From Candidatus Azotimanducaceae bacterium (GTDB lineage Bacteria > Pseudomonadota > Gammaproteobacteria > Pseudomonadales > Azotimanducaceae): 49,955 nt of DNA. This document shows, one piece after another, positions 20,632 through 29,967 of this stretch. The number at the start of each line of letters is the position of its first letter. Within the stretch, counting starts at the first letter, position 1. Below the pieces are notes generated by a model. It saw nothing but the letters and a program-made list of their open reading frames with translations. It was not told the DNA's origin and searched no databases. Made by a program: the position numbers and the translations under genes. The stretch is from the NCBI GenBank assembly GCA_047625245.1, contig JBLHQQ010000001.1, positions 1 through 49,955 of the forward strand, given 5' to 3'.

Positions 20632-21994
20632 TCATGGCGATAATGGTTGATGAAAACGTATCGATCTCAGGCAGGCTGTTAACATACAATTCGCCTGGCA
20701 AAGTCCTGTCCCAGACACGTTGAAAATATCTGGCCCGATCCGCCTCACTCGTCTCTTCAAGACTGAGCGCCTGTTTAAGCCCTGTCGCGAGTCCTGATAT
20801 ATGCTCAACTCGCACGACAAGTGGACTGTTTTTATAGAATGCGTCCCCCATCACCACTACGGGTTTACCTAACAAAGCTGCCTCCGCGCCTGATTTTGAA
20901 TTTATTGAAACGATGCTCGCCGCTGCACCTAGAACCTTATAGTTATTAACACCAGGATTAATGATTACCAAATTATCGTAACTTCGCACCATACTTTTTA
21001 CGCGATCAACATCAACAGCTCCTATCTGGGCTGGATGCTCCTTTATCGCGATCTTATAACCACTAGGAACCACTCTCACCAGATACTCGATCAACGCGAG
21101 TTGATCCAAGTATTCGGGAGACCTGAGAGTCAGCGCAGCATCACCAGGCACGTGCAATGGAAAATAGACGAAGGGACCTATCTGCTCTAACTCTGAATAC
21201 ATTGAACGCATGCGCACAGAATTGATCAACATCGAGAGATGCTTCATTGCGTATACGTAGATAAAACCAAACTCCTGATGTTTTCCCAAAACATGTTTAT
21301 CTATGATTTTCGCAACAAAACGGCGAAGATTTTTCAAATTCACAATTTTCTTTAGTGCTGCGTTATATTGATGTTTGTCTTTTTTTGGAATTACTATTGA
21401 CTGATTCGCAATAGCCTTACCAATATAGGACTCAACTTCCGGAGACACGACGGCGGCATATACGTCCCCGGCGTCAAGCGAGCCGTAGGTATTTACGAGG
21501 CCAAAAAGCATACCGCTAAAAAATGAGGGTTCCAGAAAATAATTGTCAATGTTATGTTTTTGAGCTACGAAATAGGCTGCAATGACGGACAAGAAACCAC
21601 CTAATTCCTGCACAAAATCAATTTTTTGCTCAGGATTTTCTGTAACTAGAATTTTCGTAACATTATCTATTGAGCGCAGGTAGGCTGCCAGACGCGAATT
21701 CAGCGCCACCGAATCGGCTATCGAAAATGTAATGCGCTCATGAGAGGTCCAAAGATTCGAGTCTTCGAGATCAAACTCTGCGAAAACATCTTCGGGCACC
21801 AGCTCACCTTCACTTAATAATCTCTTGCTCAGGCTCGGAATATCATAATTTCTTTGCCCTTTTGAACAAAGCATTTCGGTGCTTCTGGTATCAAAAGACA
21901 GGAAAACAACATCATGCCCCCTGGCTTTCAGCCCGATACCTACATTGATCCAGAATTCTGTCTGGTATTCCGCGAGCGTGGTAATAACAATCAT
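20612..21994 (-). CDS. KpsS/KpsC-like (Capsule_synth-type) putative ulosonic-acid transferase
   Basis: 460 aa. IAIKEHPAQ followed by IVSINSKSGAEAALLGKPVVVMGDAFY, which resembles the C-terminal signature of capsule-synthesis (beta-Kdo transferase-like) proteins. Confidence 0.55.
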   Translation of the reverse strand: MIVITTLAEYQTEFWINVGIGLKARGHDVVFLSFDTRSTEMLCSKGQRNYDIPSLSKRLLSEGELVPEDVFAEFDLEDSNLWTSHERITFSIADSVALNSRLAAYLRSIDNVTKILVTENPEQKIDFVQELGGFLSVIAAYFVAQKHNIDNYFLEPSFFSGMLFGLVNTYGSLDAGDVYAAVVSPEVESYIGKAIANQSIVIPKKDKHQYNAALKKIVNLKNLRRFVAKIIDKHVLGKHQEFGFIYVYAMKHLSMLINSVRMRSMYSELEQIGPFVYFPLHVPGDAALTLRSPEYLDQLALIEYLVRVVPSGYKIAIKEHPAQIGAVDVDRVKSMVRSYDNLVIINPGVNNYKVLGAAASIVSINSKSGAEAALLGKPVVVMGDAFYKNSPLVVRVEHISGLATGLKQALSLEETSEADRARYFQRVWDRTLPGELYVNSLPEIDTFSSTIIAMIEQRGS

Positions 21995-22065
21995 TTGGAA
22001 CCTCTAAACCGAGTATAGAACTACACGGCAGGTATATACATTAACGGTAATTAGTCGATGTAAAT

Positions 22066-23451
22066 TCAGCGTCGAATTCGAGCTCGAATGGACGTCAAAG
22101 ACATAAACGGGAGTAGCCCATCGACATGCGCAACATTCAGTTCAGCAGCATCCACACCACTTAACTGGAATAACTCGCGAACAGAGTGAACGTCAATGAA
22201 TTTATCCTTGCGTTTGGCTGAAAGTTTTGTCCTTGCAACGTTGACAAAACTTGACCCAAATATCATACAAACCGCCTTGTAGACCGTTTGGTGCACTGAA
22301 TCACGACCGGCAAAAAGGCCACTTCTAGCCACACTCTTAGTTTCCTCAACTTCCGCGCGTTGTTTTATGACTGAGGCGACCCTTTCACCCGCATCACCAT
22401 CACACAGGTAGAAAAAACCTTCTACATAGCTAGCAACCACACCTTCTTCAACAAGTTGGGCATATTTGACCCCTGGATGGTTAATGGCGTCTATCAAATC
22501 ATCTCGACCCAGAGCCCGGTAACTCACTTTAGAAGGAATCGGAGTATGTTTTGCCATCAAGGCATCGTTCAGGTACTCAATGGATATCGGCGGCACTTTC
22601 ATTATCAACGAATCCACTGCGGTTCCACAATTGAGGTGGACGACACACGCAGCCTGGGAAATAGCATCAAATACATCCCCATCGCCATCAACAATAACAT
22701 TTTCAAATTTTTCAAACGCTGCAGTATAGGGCTTAAGGTCTTCGAATGGGTGTGGCCTTACCACCACCTTTCTTGTCGGCATCGACTCGGCAATAAACCT
22801 TACCTCATCAATAAACTTGGGAAATATCGCCAACAAGTGTTCATACAATTCATCAACATAGCCCCCATCCCAGCCGACAGACTTAAACGCACTCTTCTCG
22901 CTTTCAACACTGGATCCAAATTTAGGGTTGATGGCCGAAAAATTTGCATTAACAAGAATGTGGTTTTCATAGCGAGGCTTTAGCATACCCACCCATTTTC
23001 GGTCACATTGGTCGTAGCGTGGGCAGCCTGTAAGAAACAAATCAGATTTATCTATCTGACTGTATGCGGAAAATGCTTCAAAAGTCTTAGCGCCCCAAAA
23101 GAAGTAACCGGCAACCAAGGCCCCCAAGCCCGTTTCTCCCAAGTGTCTTGCCCAATTCTCAGGTGAATCTATGCCGTCCGTAGAGAGTATCCCACCCTCA
23201 GTATCAAGCACATAAACTGGAACACCAGCAGCTTGGCACCTTTCAAGAAAAGCTCGATTATTCAAACGCACATAATTAACAACCAGTAAATCGACCTTTC
23301 CAAGGAAAGTGTCAACATGCTGAAAATACATGGGTATGAAGTGAACCTCATGCCCCGCTTTGATCAGGTGGGTGGCAAGTATCACTAACCCTTTCAAATC
23401 CCTTTTGGGGTTATCAACTATCAAACCAATTCTTTTCGCCATCGACACCAT
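22066..23451 (-). CDS. GT-B-like putative ulosonic-acid or surface-carbohydrate transferase
   Basis: 461 aa. VVVRPHPFED followed by VVHLNCGTAVDSLIMKVPPI. The start may be the second ATG (MAKRIGLIV). Confidence 0.5.
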   Translation of the reverse strand: MVSMAKRIGLIVDNPKRDLKGLVILATHLIKAGHEVHFIPMYFQHVDTFLGKVDLLVVNYVRLNNRAFLERCQAAGVPVYVLDTEGGILSTDGIDSPENWARHLGETGLGALVAGYFFWGAKTFEAFSAYSQIDKSDLFLTGCPRYDQCDRKWVGMLKPRYENHILVNANFSAINPKFGSSVESEKSAFKSVGWDGGYVDELYEHLLAIFPKFIDEVRFIAESMPTRKVVVRPHPFEDLKPYTAAFEKFENVIVDGDGDVFDAISQAACVVHLNCGTAVDSLIMKVPPISIEYLNDALMAKHTPIPSKVSYRALGRDDLIDAINHPGVKYAQLVEEGVVASYVEGFFYLCDGDAGERVASVIKQRAEVEETKSVARSGLFAGRDSVHQTVYKAVCMIFGSSFVNVARTKLSAKRKDKFIDVHSVRELFQLSGVDAAELNVAHVDGLLPFMSLTSIRARIRR

Positions 23452-23600
23452 CTATACCTGTCCATACATTCAAGTAAAAGTAAGCTATCGATCGGTGACG
23501 GAAGATCGAGCAGAACGACCACCATTCGACACTAGCACTGCCAAGGAACTATTTACGAACATCTAACTTACAAAATCCGACTCTAGCTAACCGGCTTCGG

Positions 23601-24713
23601 TTAACTAGCTTTTAAGGGTTGCTTCAATCGCCATTCCCCATCAACCATCTCCCAGATTTTGTGGTTCCGGAATTTCTCCACGGTATCCCAAAATTCCTCC
23701 TCAGTGACATGGTGAAAGCGGAGAAAGTCCTGGAAGTACTCAGCAGGAAACTCATCACTGAGCTTGCTGACAATTTCTACGGCATCTTTTCTACTAAGTC
23801 GGCCATTCCATATGTCATAGCAACATTGGTCTGTGGAACGCCAGAAGCCGAACTTCAGATACTTGAACCAGATGTTAATCTCACACAACTTCTCATCAAT
23901 ATTGTCGTAGTCAAGAAAATTACCCGCAAGTGGTCCACTTTTCCGACCCGTAAAACCTCTCTGGCTCACAATCTCATAGTTTTTACGCCCATACCATCGA
24001 AGGTAGTGACCTAGATAGATGCTGTTTATACCCGACGCTTCCAATTTCTCGTAAGCTGGGTACCTGTAAAACAGCGTATCTCTTTCGGAGATATCATCGT
24101 CCAACCAATCACTAACGGTCTTTTCCTTGATCAGGTCGTTTTTATCGATCGCCAAGGCGCTCGGCTTACTTTCCTGATTCTGTATACCACCAAATTCAAA
24201 AGCTATATCTTCCCCCCAGACGACCAAAGGCACTTCATAAATCAGGGCGGTATTTATCACGCTGGAAAACATCGCGCAGTGCTCCGCCCAATTTGGCTCT
24301 CCCTGCCGTATGAAACACTTCTTCCTGATAGCCCTGAACACACTGGGCTTAATCGTGATTTTCATATGATCGACATTCAAATCTTTGATCATATTATTAA
24401 GATTTTCGATACCTTCTGTGGTTGGAAGGTGCGCTGTAAGCGTCACGCAAAGTACTTTCAAACCATACTTTTCCGCCAGAATCATTGCCTGGAACCAACT
24501 ATCCTTACCACCGCTAACAGGCACTATGCAGTCATAAAATGGGTGATTAGCCGCCTTCACATCAGCCACAATCTCATCGAGCTGCTTGCCTCTTTCCACC
24601 CAATCAATTTTATCTTTCAGTTCTCGAGCACGACAGGCATTACACATCCCGCGGCTGTCGAGAACAACACCCGGTTTTGTATTTGGCATCACACACGTTG
24701 CACAATATTCCAT
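23601..24713 (-). CDS. N-acetyl sugar amidotransferase (WbuX/PseA/PtmG family, PP-loop ATPase)
   Basis: 370 aa. N-terminal Cys4 CATC..CNAC and intact PP-loop VPVSGGKDS. Confidence 0.85.
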   Translation of the reverse strand: MEYCATCVMPNTKPGVVLDSRGMCNACRARELKDKIDWVERGKQLDEIVADVKAANHPFYDCIVPVSGGKDSWFQAMILAEKYGLKVLCVTLTAHLPTTEGIENLNNMIKDLNVDHMKITIKPSVFRAIRKKCFIRQGEPNWAEHCAMFSSVINTALIYEVPLVVWGEDIAFEFGGIQNQESKPSALAIDKNDLIKEKTVSDWLDDDISERDTLFYRYPAYEKLEASGINSIYLGHYLRWYGRKNYEIVSQRGFTGRKSGPLAGNFLDYDNIDEKLCEINIWFKYLKFGFWRSTDQCCYDIWNGRLSRKDAVEIVSKLSDEFPAEYFQDFLRFHHVTEEEFWDTVEKFRNHKIWEMVDGEWRLKQPLKAS

Positions 24714-24718
24714 TTGTG

Positions 24719-26011
24719 TTAGCCCTCTACCGCTTTATAGTTAACTTCGTCCATATAGGCACGTCCCAGCAAAATATAACCTTCTTCTCGCTCTTCTACC
24801 TCTTTCAGATCAGTGAGCGCGTATTCATTGGCATTGGTACTTTCAAGTTGCACCTCCTCACTGCCAGCGTCATCAATATGCTCCATAACTGAGTCTCTAA
24901 GCATCCAGTCGCCATCTTTTTGCAGCCAGATTTGCGGGTCACGAAATTTATCGACCGTTGCCAAAAAATCCTCTTGGGACATGCCAATCCATTCAAGCAA
25001 AAGTTGGAGGTTTTCAGGAACAACTGATTGATATTGTTCTACTAGCCTGGCCCCTTCGGCACGGGTTATTCGCTTCAATCGTATGTCACGAGAGGCGTGG
25101 TCTGTTACTTTTCCGTAACCATATTTTAGGAATTTCACATAATCGTGGACGCTGGCGTTGTTCCAACAAGCAATAGACTCGAAAGTGTTGTACGTACGTT
25201 CCTGAGTCAAAGTTTCGTAAGAGAACTTTTCGATCATCTTTTCAGTCTGGATTTTAGAATCCCAGAAAATGTAGTTGCCCAGATACAGTCCTCGAACTCG
25301 AGATTTTTCTAGTTGTTCATCTGAAGGGTAGGTAAATGCCTGTAAATCCTTTGATGATATAGCAGCGCTCATGCCTATTAGAGATGCAGCATCAACACCA
25401 CGCATTGCATGTTCCTTCCTGACCTTCTTGGTCATCTCTACCTGATCATGATGAGAAAACATTCCTACCTGGTCAAGCCAACCGTTAACTCCCCATATAA
25501 TCAGTGGAATGTCCAGCTTCGTAGCCACCTGAACTGGGAAAGTGTTAATACCTGCAATCACATGCCAATAGATATCACCAAATTCTCGTAAAGTAACTCG
25601 GGTGATTTCCTTAACAGTGTCAGGTCCCACGGTCGACATCATATGATCACAGTCAAGTTCTGTGATTAGGCGGGCGAGATTGCGAACGCCGACTTTAGTG
25701 TTGAACTGGGAGTTGTAAGTTACGAGTAACGGGTTCATCCCAAATTTGTTTTTTATGGTGTCGACCACAAAAAAATCATCACCAATACCCGACACGGGAA
25801 TGATACAGTCATATGAAGTACCAGGCCTATGTTTATACTGGGCCAGAATATTTTCGAATTCTTGCTCTTTCTTGCTCCAGTCTATTTCATATTTTTCTTC
25901 GTGCACCAGACATCCACTACAAACACCCCTTGAGTCAAAGGTAATGTTTAATGGATGGTTTGCTGGATATAAACAGCGCGTACAATATCTCATAACGTTT
26001 CCATTACCCAT
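24719..26011 (-). CDS. N-acetyl sugar amidotransferase paralog with degenerate PP-loop
   Basis: 430 aa. Same Cys4 N-terminus (CTRC..CSGC) and colinear with the neighbouring paralog, but the PP-loop reads IPVSGIGDD. The start may be the second ATG (25993). Confidence 0.75.
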   Translation of the reverse strand: MGNGNVMRYCTRCLYPANHPLNITFDSRGVCSGCLVHEEKYEIDWSKKEQEFENILAQYKHRPGTSYDCIIPVSGIGDDFFVVDTIKNKFGMNPLLVTYNSQFNTKVGVRNLARLITELDCDHMMSTVGPDTVKEITRVTLREFGDIYWHVIAGINTFPVQVATKLDIPLIIWGVNGWLDQVGMFSHHDQVEMTKKVRKEHAMRGVDAASLIGMSAAISSKDLQAFTYPSDEQLEKSRVRGLYLGNYIFWDSKIQTEKMIEKFSYETLTQERTYNTFESIACWNNASVHDYVKFLKYGYGKVTDHASRDIRLKRITRAEGARLVEQYQSVVPENLQLLLEWIGMSQEDFLATVDKFRDPQIWLQKDGDWMLRDSVMEHIDDAGSEEVQLESTNANEYALTDLKEVEEREEGYILLGRAYMDEVNYKAVEG

Positions 26012-26016
26012 TCCAA

Positions 26017-26835
26017 TTAAAATGGTCGACCCATCAGGTCGAACTCAAAATCCTTATATTTGACATTCGAACTCAATCGAACATCTACTCCCGAACTTAC
26101 CAAATGCGCTTTAGCCGCAATAGTACTGTGTTCGGAATGTTGGAAAATATTAGCGGCTGAGACTGCTTCACACCCACCCTCAATTACTCCGGGTGCTAAG
26201 TGACGGAAGGAGCCCACTCCTCCGCAAGCAATAACAGGTATTTTCAACCGCGAACTGATGGAATGCAGTAGCTCAAGATCGTATCCCCTTCGGCTTCCGT
26301 CCCTATCCACAGAGTTAACAAATATCTCGCCAGCCCCCAAACTTTCCATCTCGACAGCAAGTGCTGCGGGACTTTGCTGCAACGCAGACTTGGCCAAGTA
26401 ATCATAGACCCGGTAGCCATCTGGCGTTTCTATCACATCTATCGAGACTGTAATGCACTGGCTCCCATAGGCTGCCGACGCCTCGGCGATAAAATTGGGA
26501 TCTCGTCTCGCTATTGAGTTGACACAAACTTTGTCCGCTCCCACTTTCAGTAGATCACGAATGTGTTGCTGCGTGGATATGCCACCGCCAATAGTCAATG
26601 GTACAAAACATTCAGTTGCCGCCCAACTAACCAGATCCAGGTTAAAAGACCGGCCTTCTCGGCTGGCATCGATGTCTATAACAATTATTTCGTCAACATC
26701 CCAATTGACAAAGAATTCAATCGCAGTCTTTATGTCCCCGATGGGGAGATACCTATTAAAGCCAAAACTCTGGACGACAAGTTCTCCCTTGGTGACGATA
26801 CAAGGTACGAGCCTTTTCTTAAGCATCCAATCCAT
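26017..26835 (-). CDS. hisF: HisF-like cyclase subunit (WbuZ/HisF2-type acetamidino-modification protein)
   Basis: 272 aa. KRLVPCI, DEIIVIDIDAS, PLTIGGGI and GADKVCVNS motifs of the IGP-synthase cyclase fold. Glycan-locus context. Confidence 0.9.
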   Translation of the reverse strand: MDWMLKKRLVPCIVTKGELVVQSFGFNRYLPIGDIKTAIEFFVNWDVDEIIVIDIDASREGRSFNLDLVSWAATECFVPLTIGGGISTQQHIRDLLKVGADKVCVNSIARRDPNFIAEASAAYGSQCITVSIDVIETPDGYRVYDYLAKSALQQSPAALAVEMESLGAGEIFVNSVDRDGSRRGYDLELLHSISSRLKIPVIACGGVGSFRHLAPGVIEGGCEAVSAANIFQHSEHSTIAAKAHLVSSGVDVRLSSNVKYKDFEFDLMGRPF

Positions 26836-27463
26836 CTCCTACCATATCCAAAAAATTCCTCAGCACGATCATGCCATTCTGTTGGCTTTTTTCCGGATGA
26901 CACTGCATTCCATAGATATTGCCTGATTGCACAGAAGCTGTAACCTCAATGCCATGGTCCACCGTCGCTGTAATATATCTCTCATCACAAACTGCGTGAT
27001 AACTGTGCACAAAGTAAAAATTTTTATCCTCGCCCAGGTTGTCCAATAACCTGCTCGGCACTCTAAATTGCAAGTTATTCCAACCCACGTGTGGGACACG
27101 ATAAGGTGATTTCACATCAATATATCTAACCGGACCAGGAATCCAGCCTAAACCTTTAGTCACCTGCCCCTCTTCAGAGCTATCAAAAAACAATTGCATA
27201 CCCAGACAAATACCCAGTATCGGCTTTTTTTCGTCAAAGGCTTGTTTCGACAAAATTGGAACGAGACCTCGCGACTCGAGATTATACATTGCATCACGGA
27301 ACGCACCGACACCTGGAATGACGATACAATCGGATCTTTCAATATCCGCCGGATCATTAGTTACCCTCACATCATAGTTACCGATATGTTTTATTGCATT
27401 TTCTATAGAACGAAGATTACCCATTCCATAGTCGACAATCGCTATCACAAAACCATCTTTCAT
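26819..27463 (-). CDS. hisH: HisH-like glutamine amidotransferase subunit (WbuY-type)
   Basis: 214 aa. IAIVDYGMGNLRS, GICLGMQ (catalytic Cys) and CHPEKS (His/Glu). Confidence 0.9.
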   Translation of the reverse strand: MKDGFVIAIVDYGMGNLRSIENAIKHIGNYDVRVTNDPADIERSDCIVIPGVGAFRDAMYNLESRGLVPILSKQAFDEKKPILGICLGMQLFFDSSEEGQVTKGLGWIPGPVRYIDVKSPYRVPHVGWNNLQFRVPSRLLDNLGEDKNFYFVHSYHAVCDERYITATVDHGIEVTASVQSGNIYGMQCHPEKSQQNGMIVLRNFLDMVGDGLDA

Positions 27464-27505
27464 TTAGCCTGTTTCCTACTTAAATCGATTGGTCAAAATC
27501 AGGGA

Positions 27506-28276
27506 CTAGACCGTAAATCCATCATCAACCACAATATTCTGCCCACAAACGTATTGTGACTGGTCAGAACATAAGAACAATACACTTCCAACAATATCCC
27601 CGGGATCTAACATCCCTTTACTTTGGCACTGGGCTCGATAGTTTTCGAGAAAGCTTTCGGGTTGGCGATCTAGAATCCCACCTGGACTTATACAGTTGAC
27701 CCGAAATTTCGACCCCTTTGTATATGCGGTTGCATAACTGGTGAGATGCAACAACGCGGATTTAATTGCTGCATACTCAACCGGTGTTGTCATCTGGGTT
27801 CCCGCATAAATGGAAAATTTAGGAGGAATAACCCCGTAAATGGACGAAAACTGAACGAGAGAAAACTTGCTGTCCTGGTCCAAGGCAAATTTCGCGGCTT
27901 GCTGCAGAACCATAAAATAGCCACCCAGATGCAACTGAAGGTTTTCCCCAAAATCCTCATAAGTCACATCAAAAAAGTGTCGGCCATAGTTTGGATTCCG
28001 GGGGTAAGAAGTATTAATCGCGCCATCAACCCGCCCCACGCGAGCTTTAACTGACAGGAAAAGAGCGGCAAGTAGTCCAGCATCAGCGATATCTACATAC
28101 TCAACGAACACCTGAGTGTTCCCGATGTACTTTTCCGCAAGACGATCTAACGCAACCTGACTATTATCAGCAGCACAAACTAGTGCGCCGGCATCCAAGA
28201 GATTTTGAAGCAATATCTGGCCAATCAGGCCACCGGCCCCAAACAATACGAAACACTTACCTTCCAAATCATTCAC
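27506..28276 (-). CDS. ptmA: PtmA-like SDR oxidoreductase
   Basis: 256 aa. FVLFGAGGLIGQ and YAAIKSAL motifs. Last gene of a ptmE-ptmF-ptmB-ptmA-like synteny block. Confidence 0.7.
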   Translation of the reverse strand: MNDLEGKCFVLFGAGGLIGQILLQNLLDAGALVCAADNSQVALDRLAEKYIGNTQVFVEYVDIADAGLLAALFLSVKARVGRVDGAINTSYPRNPNYGRHFFDVTYEDFGENLQLHLGGYFMVLQQAAKFALDQDSKFSLVQFSSIYGVIPPKFSIYAGTQMTTPVEYAAIKSALLHLTSYATAYTKGSKFRVNCISPGGILDRQPESFLENYRAQCQSKGMLDPGDIVGSVLFLCSDQSQYVCGQNIVVDDGFTV

Positions 28277-28949
28277 TTTTGATTAACGCCTCTGCGACTT
28301 TGAAATCATACAAATCATCAATATCTACGGCTCTTTCTTTCGGAATGATTACAGATCGAACCCTGCCTGCAAATACCCCCTTATTCGCCAGAACAAATGC
28401 AGGTCTTGCTACATAGGCAACAGTAGTCATATCGAAGACTTCGGGTGCATCCTGCCGGCGATGAAACTGACCGGCATCGTTAACGAGATGGCACAGACCC
28501 TGGTCGTCTAACTTCACCATATTGAACCAAGGACTTCGGGCCGCCGGCGTAACAGTAATAACCATATCTGTTTCACTATCCAAGACAGACAAGCAATCTC
28601 GAACATCTTCAATTGACCTCAACGGGCTCGTAGCCGGCAAGCTTATAAACCGATCAAATTCACCATAGGTTGACTCAACATGCCGCACCGCATGCTGCCA
28701 TGCAAGCCACTCAGAAGCAGTATCCGAAGCCAATTCTTCTGGACGATGAATGACCTCTGCACCGTGTTCAACAGCAACTTTGCTTATATAAGGGCAATCT
28801 GTTGAGACAAAAACCTTTGAAATAGAGCCTTCATTTCTTGCACAGTGAATTGAGTGAGCGACTAATGGTTTGCCTCCCAATATTTTGATATTTTTGCCGG
28901 GCAACCCCTTCGAGCCACCTCGTGCGAAGACAAATGCGTAGTTAATCAT
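28269..28949 (-). CDS. legF: acylneuraminate-family cytidylyltransferase (CMP-legionaminic acid synthetase type)
   Basis: Start taken at the internal ATG (MINYAFVFARGGSKGLPGKNIK), which overlaps the upstream stop as ATGATTAA. The longer ORF to 28997 would overlap the upstream gene by 56 nt. Confidence 0.85.
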   Translation of the reverse strand: MINYAFVFARGGSKGLPGKNIKILGGKPLVAHSIHCARNEGSISKVFVSTDCPYISKVAVEHGAEVIHRPEELASDTASEWLAWQHAVRHVESTYGEFDRFISLPATSPLRSIEDVRDCLSVLDSETDMVITVTPAARSPWFNMVKLDDQGLCHLVNDAGQFHRRQDAPEVFDMTTVAYVARPAFVLANKGVFAGRVRSVIIPKERAVDIDDLYDFKVAEALIKSE

Positions 28950-29967
28950 GGGCTGGAAACTCGATAGAAACGCGTTCACCGGACTGGCTTGAGTCACGAC
29001 AGGCCGCTATCAACGCCATGACGCTACGTGCTTGCGGTAACCCAACCGTTGCCTTTTGTTTACCTTCAATGAACCTGACAAAGTTATGAAGTTCATCGAT
29101 GTACATGTCATTGCGGTCATAGCCGTTACCTAGGTTTAGGAACTCCGGTTCTTTATCTGCAGTCATTACTGAAATAGTGTTTGTAAGTAGATCCCACTCC
29201 AGCGTGCCCTCCTCGCCAATGACTTTGCAATTGCGACTGACTACACGCTGCAAGAAGTCCAGATGGACATAGGCAACCAAGCCAGATTGAGAGGTGAAGA
29301 CCGCATCAATCTGATCTTCAACTTCTATGTCCAGAATGTCCGATCTACCCTCAATGCAGTAGACTGTATCAAAGCTTCCAAACAGCCAAAGCAAGTAGTC
29401 GAGCTCATGGCTCAGCTCCAGTAAAGCACCACCACCCAGCGTTTTTTTTGCAGAAACACTCTGTTTGTAGTCATCCACCACCCGCCAATCCGGGAGAAAC
29501 TGCCCGACCTGTAACATCACTGTAGTCAGTCTACCGATGCACTTCGTTTCAAGCAGTGTTTGCATTCGGATCGCAGCAGGTGCGTTACGAAGGTTGTAGC
29601 CAACATCAATCAGGTGTTTGTACTTCTGCAACTCTGAAGCAGCTTGGCGCGCACTTCCCGTCAACGTGTCACTCAACGGCTTCTCTATCAGTGTAGGAAT
29701 ATCCGCTCTCAAAAACTTGAGTGCATGCTCAAGATGAAGTGAAGCTGGCGATGCAATTATCGCAAATTTAGGCTTAGCAACAACCGCGTCTTCAAGACTG
29801 TCGAATACCAGATCGACACCGAGATCACTTGCGATAATCGTTCGTCCACTAGCAGAGACACAAGCCACAATCCAGGAAGCATCAATCTTGCGCAGGTTTT
29901 GTATATGACGACGGGCAATACTACCTGTACCAACGACAATGCACTGTATGTTTGGTGCCTTATTCAT
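28942..29967 (-). CDS. ptmF: Gfo/Idh/MocA-family oxidoreductase (PtmF-like)
   Basis: 341 aa. IQCIVVGTGSIARRH and IEKPLS motifs. Position matches C. jejuni Cj1330. Confidence 0.75.
   Translation of the reverse strand: MNKAPNIQCIVVGTGSIARRHIQNLRKIDASWIVACVSASGRTIIASDLGVDLVFDSLEDAVVAKPKFAIIASPASLHLEHALKFLRADIPTLIEKPLSDTLTGSARQAASELQKYKHLIDVGYNLRNAPAAIRMQTLLETKCIGRLTTVMLQVGQFLPDWRVVDDYKQSVSAKKTLGGGALLELSHELDYLLWLFGSFDTVYCIEGRSDILDIEVEDQIDAVFTSQSGLVAYVHLDFLQRVVSRNCKVIGEEGTLEWDLLTNTISVMTADKEPEFLNLGNGYDRNDMYIDELHNFVRFIEGKQKATVGLPQARSVMALIAACRDSSQSGERVSIEFPAHD

Noticed and set aside
26017-27463. hisH/hisF as histidine-biosynthesis genes
   Set aside because: They are embedded in the glycan operon next to N-acetyl-sugar amidotransferases, and no other his genes are present. 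This context matches the WbuY/WbuZ acetamidino system.
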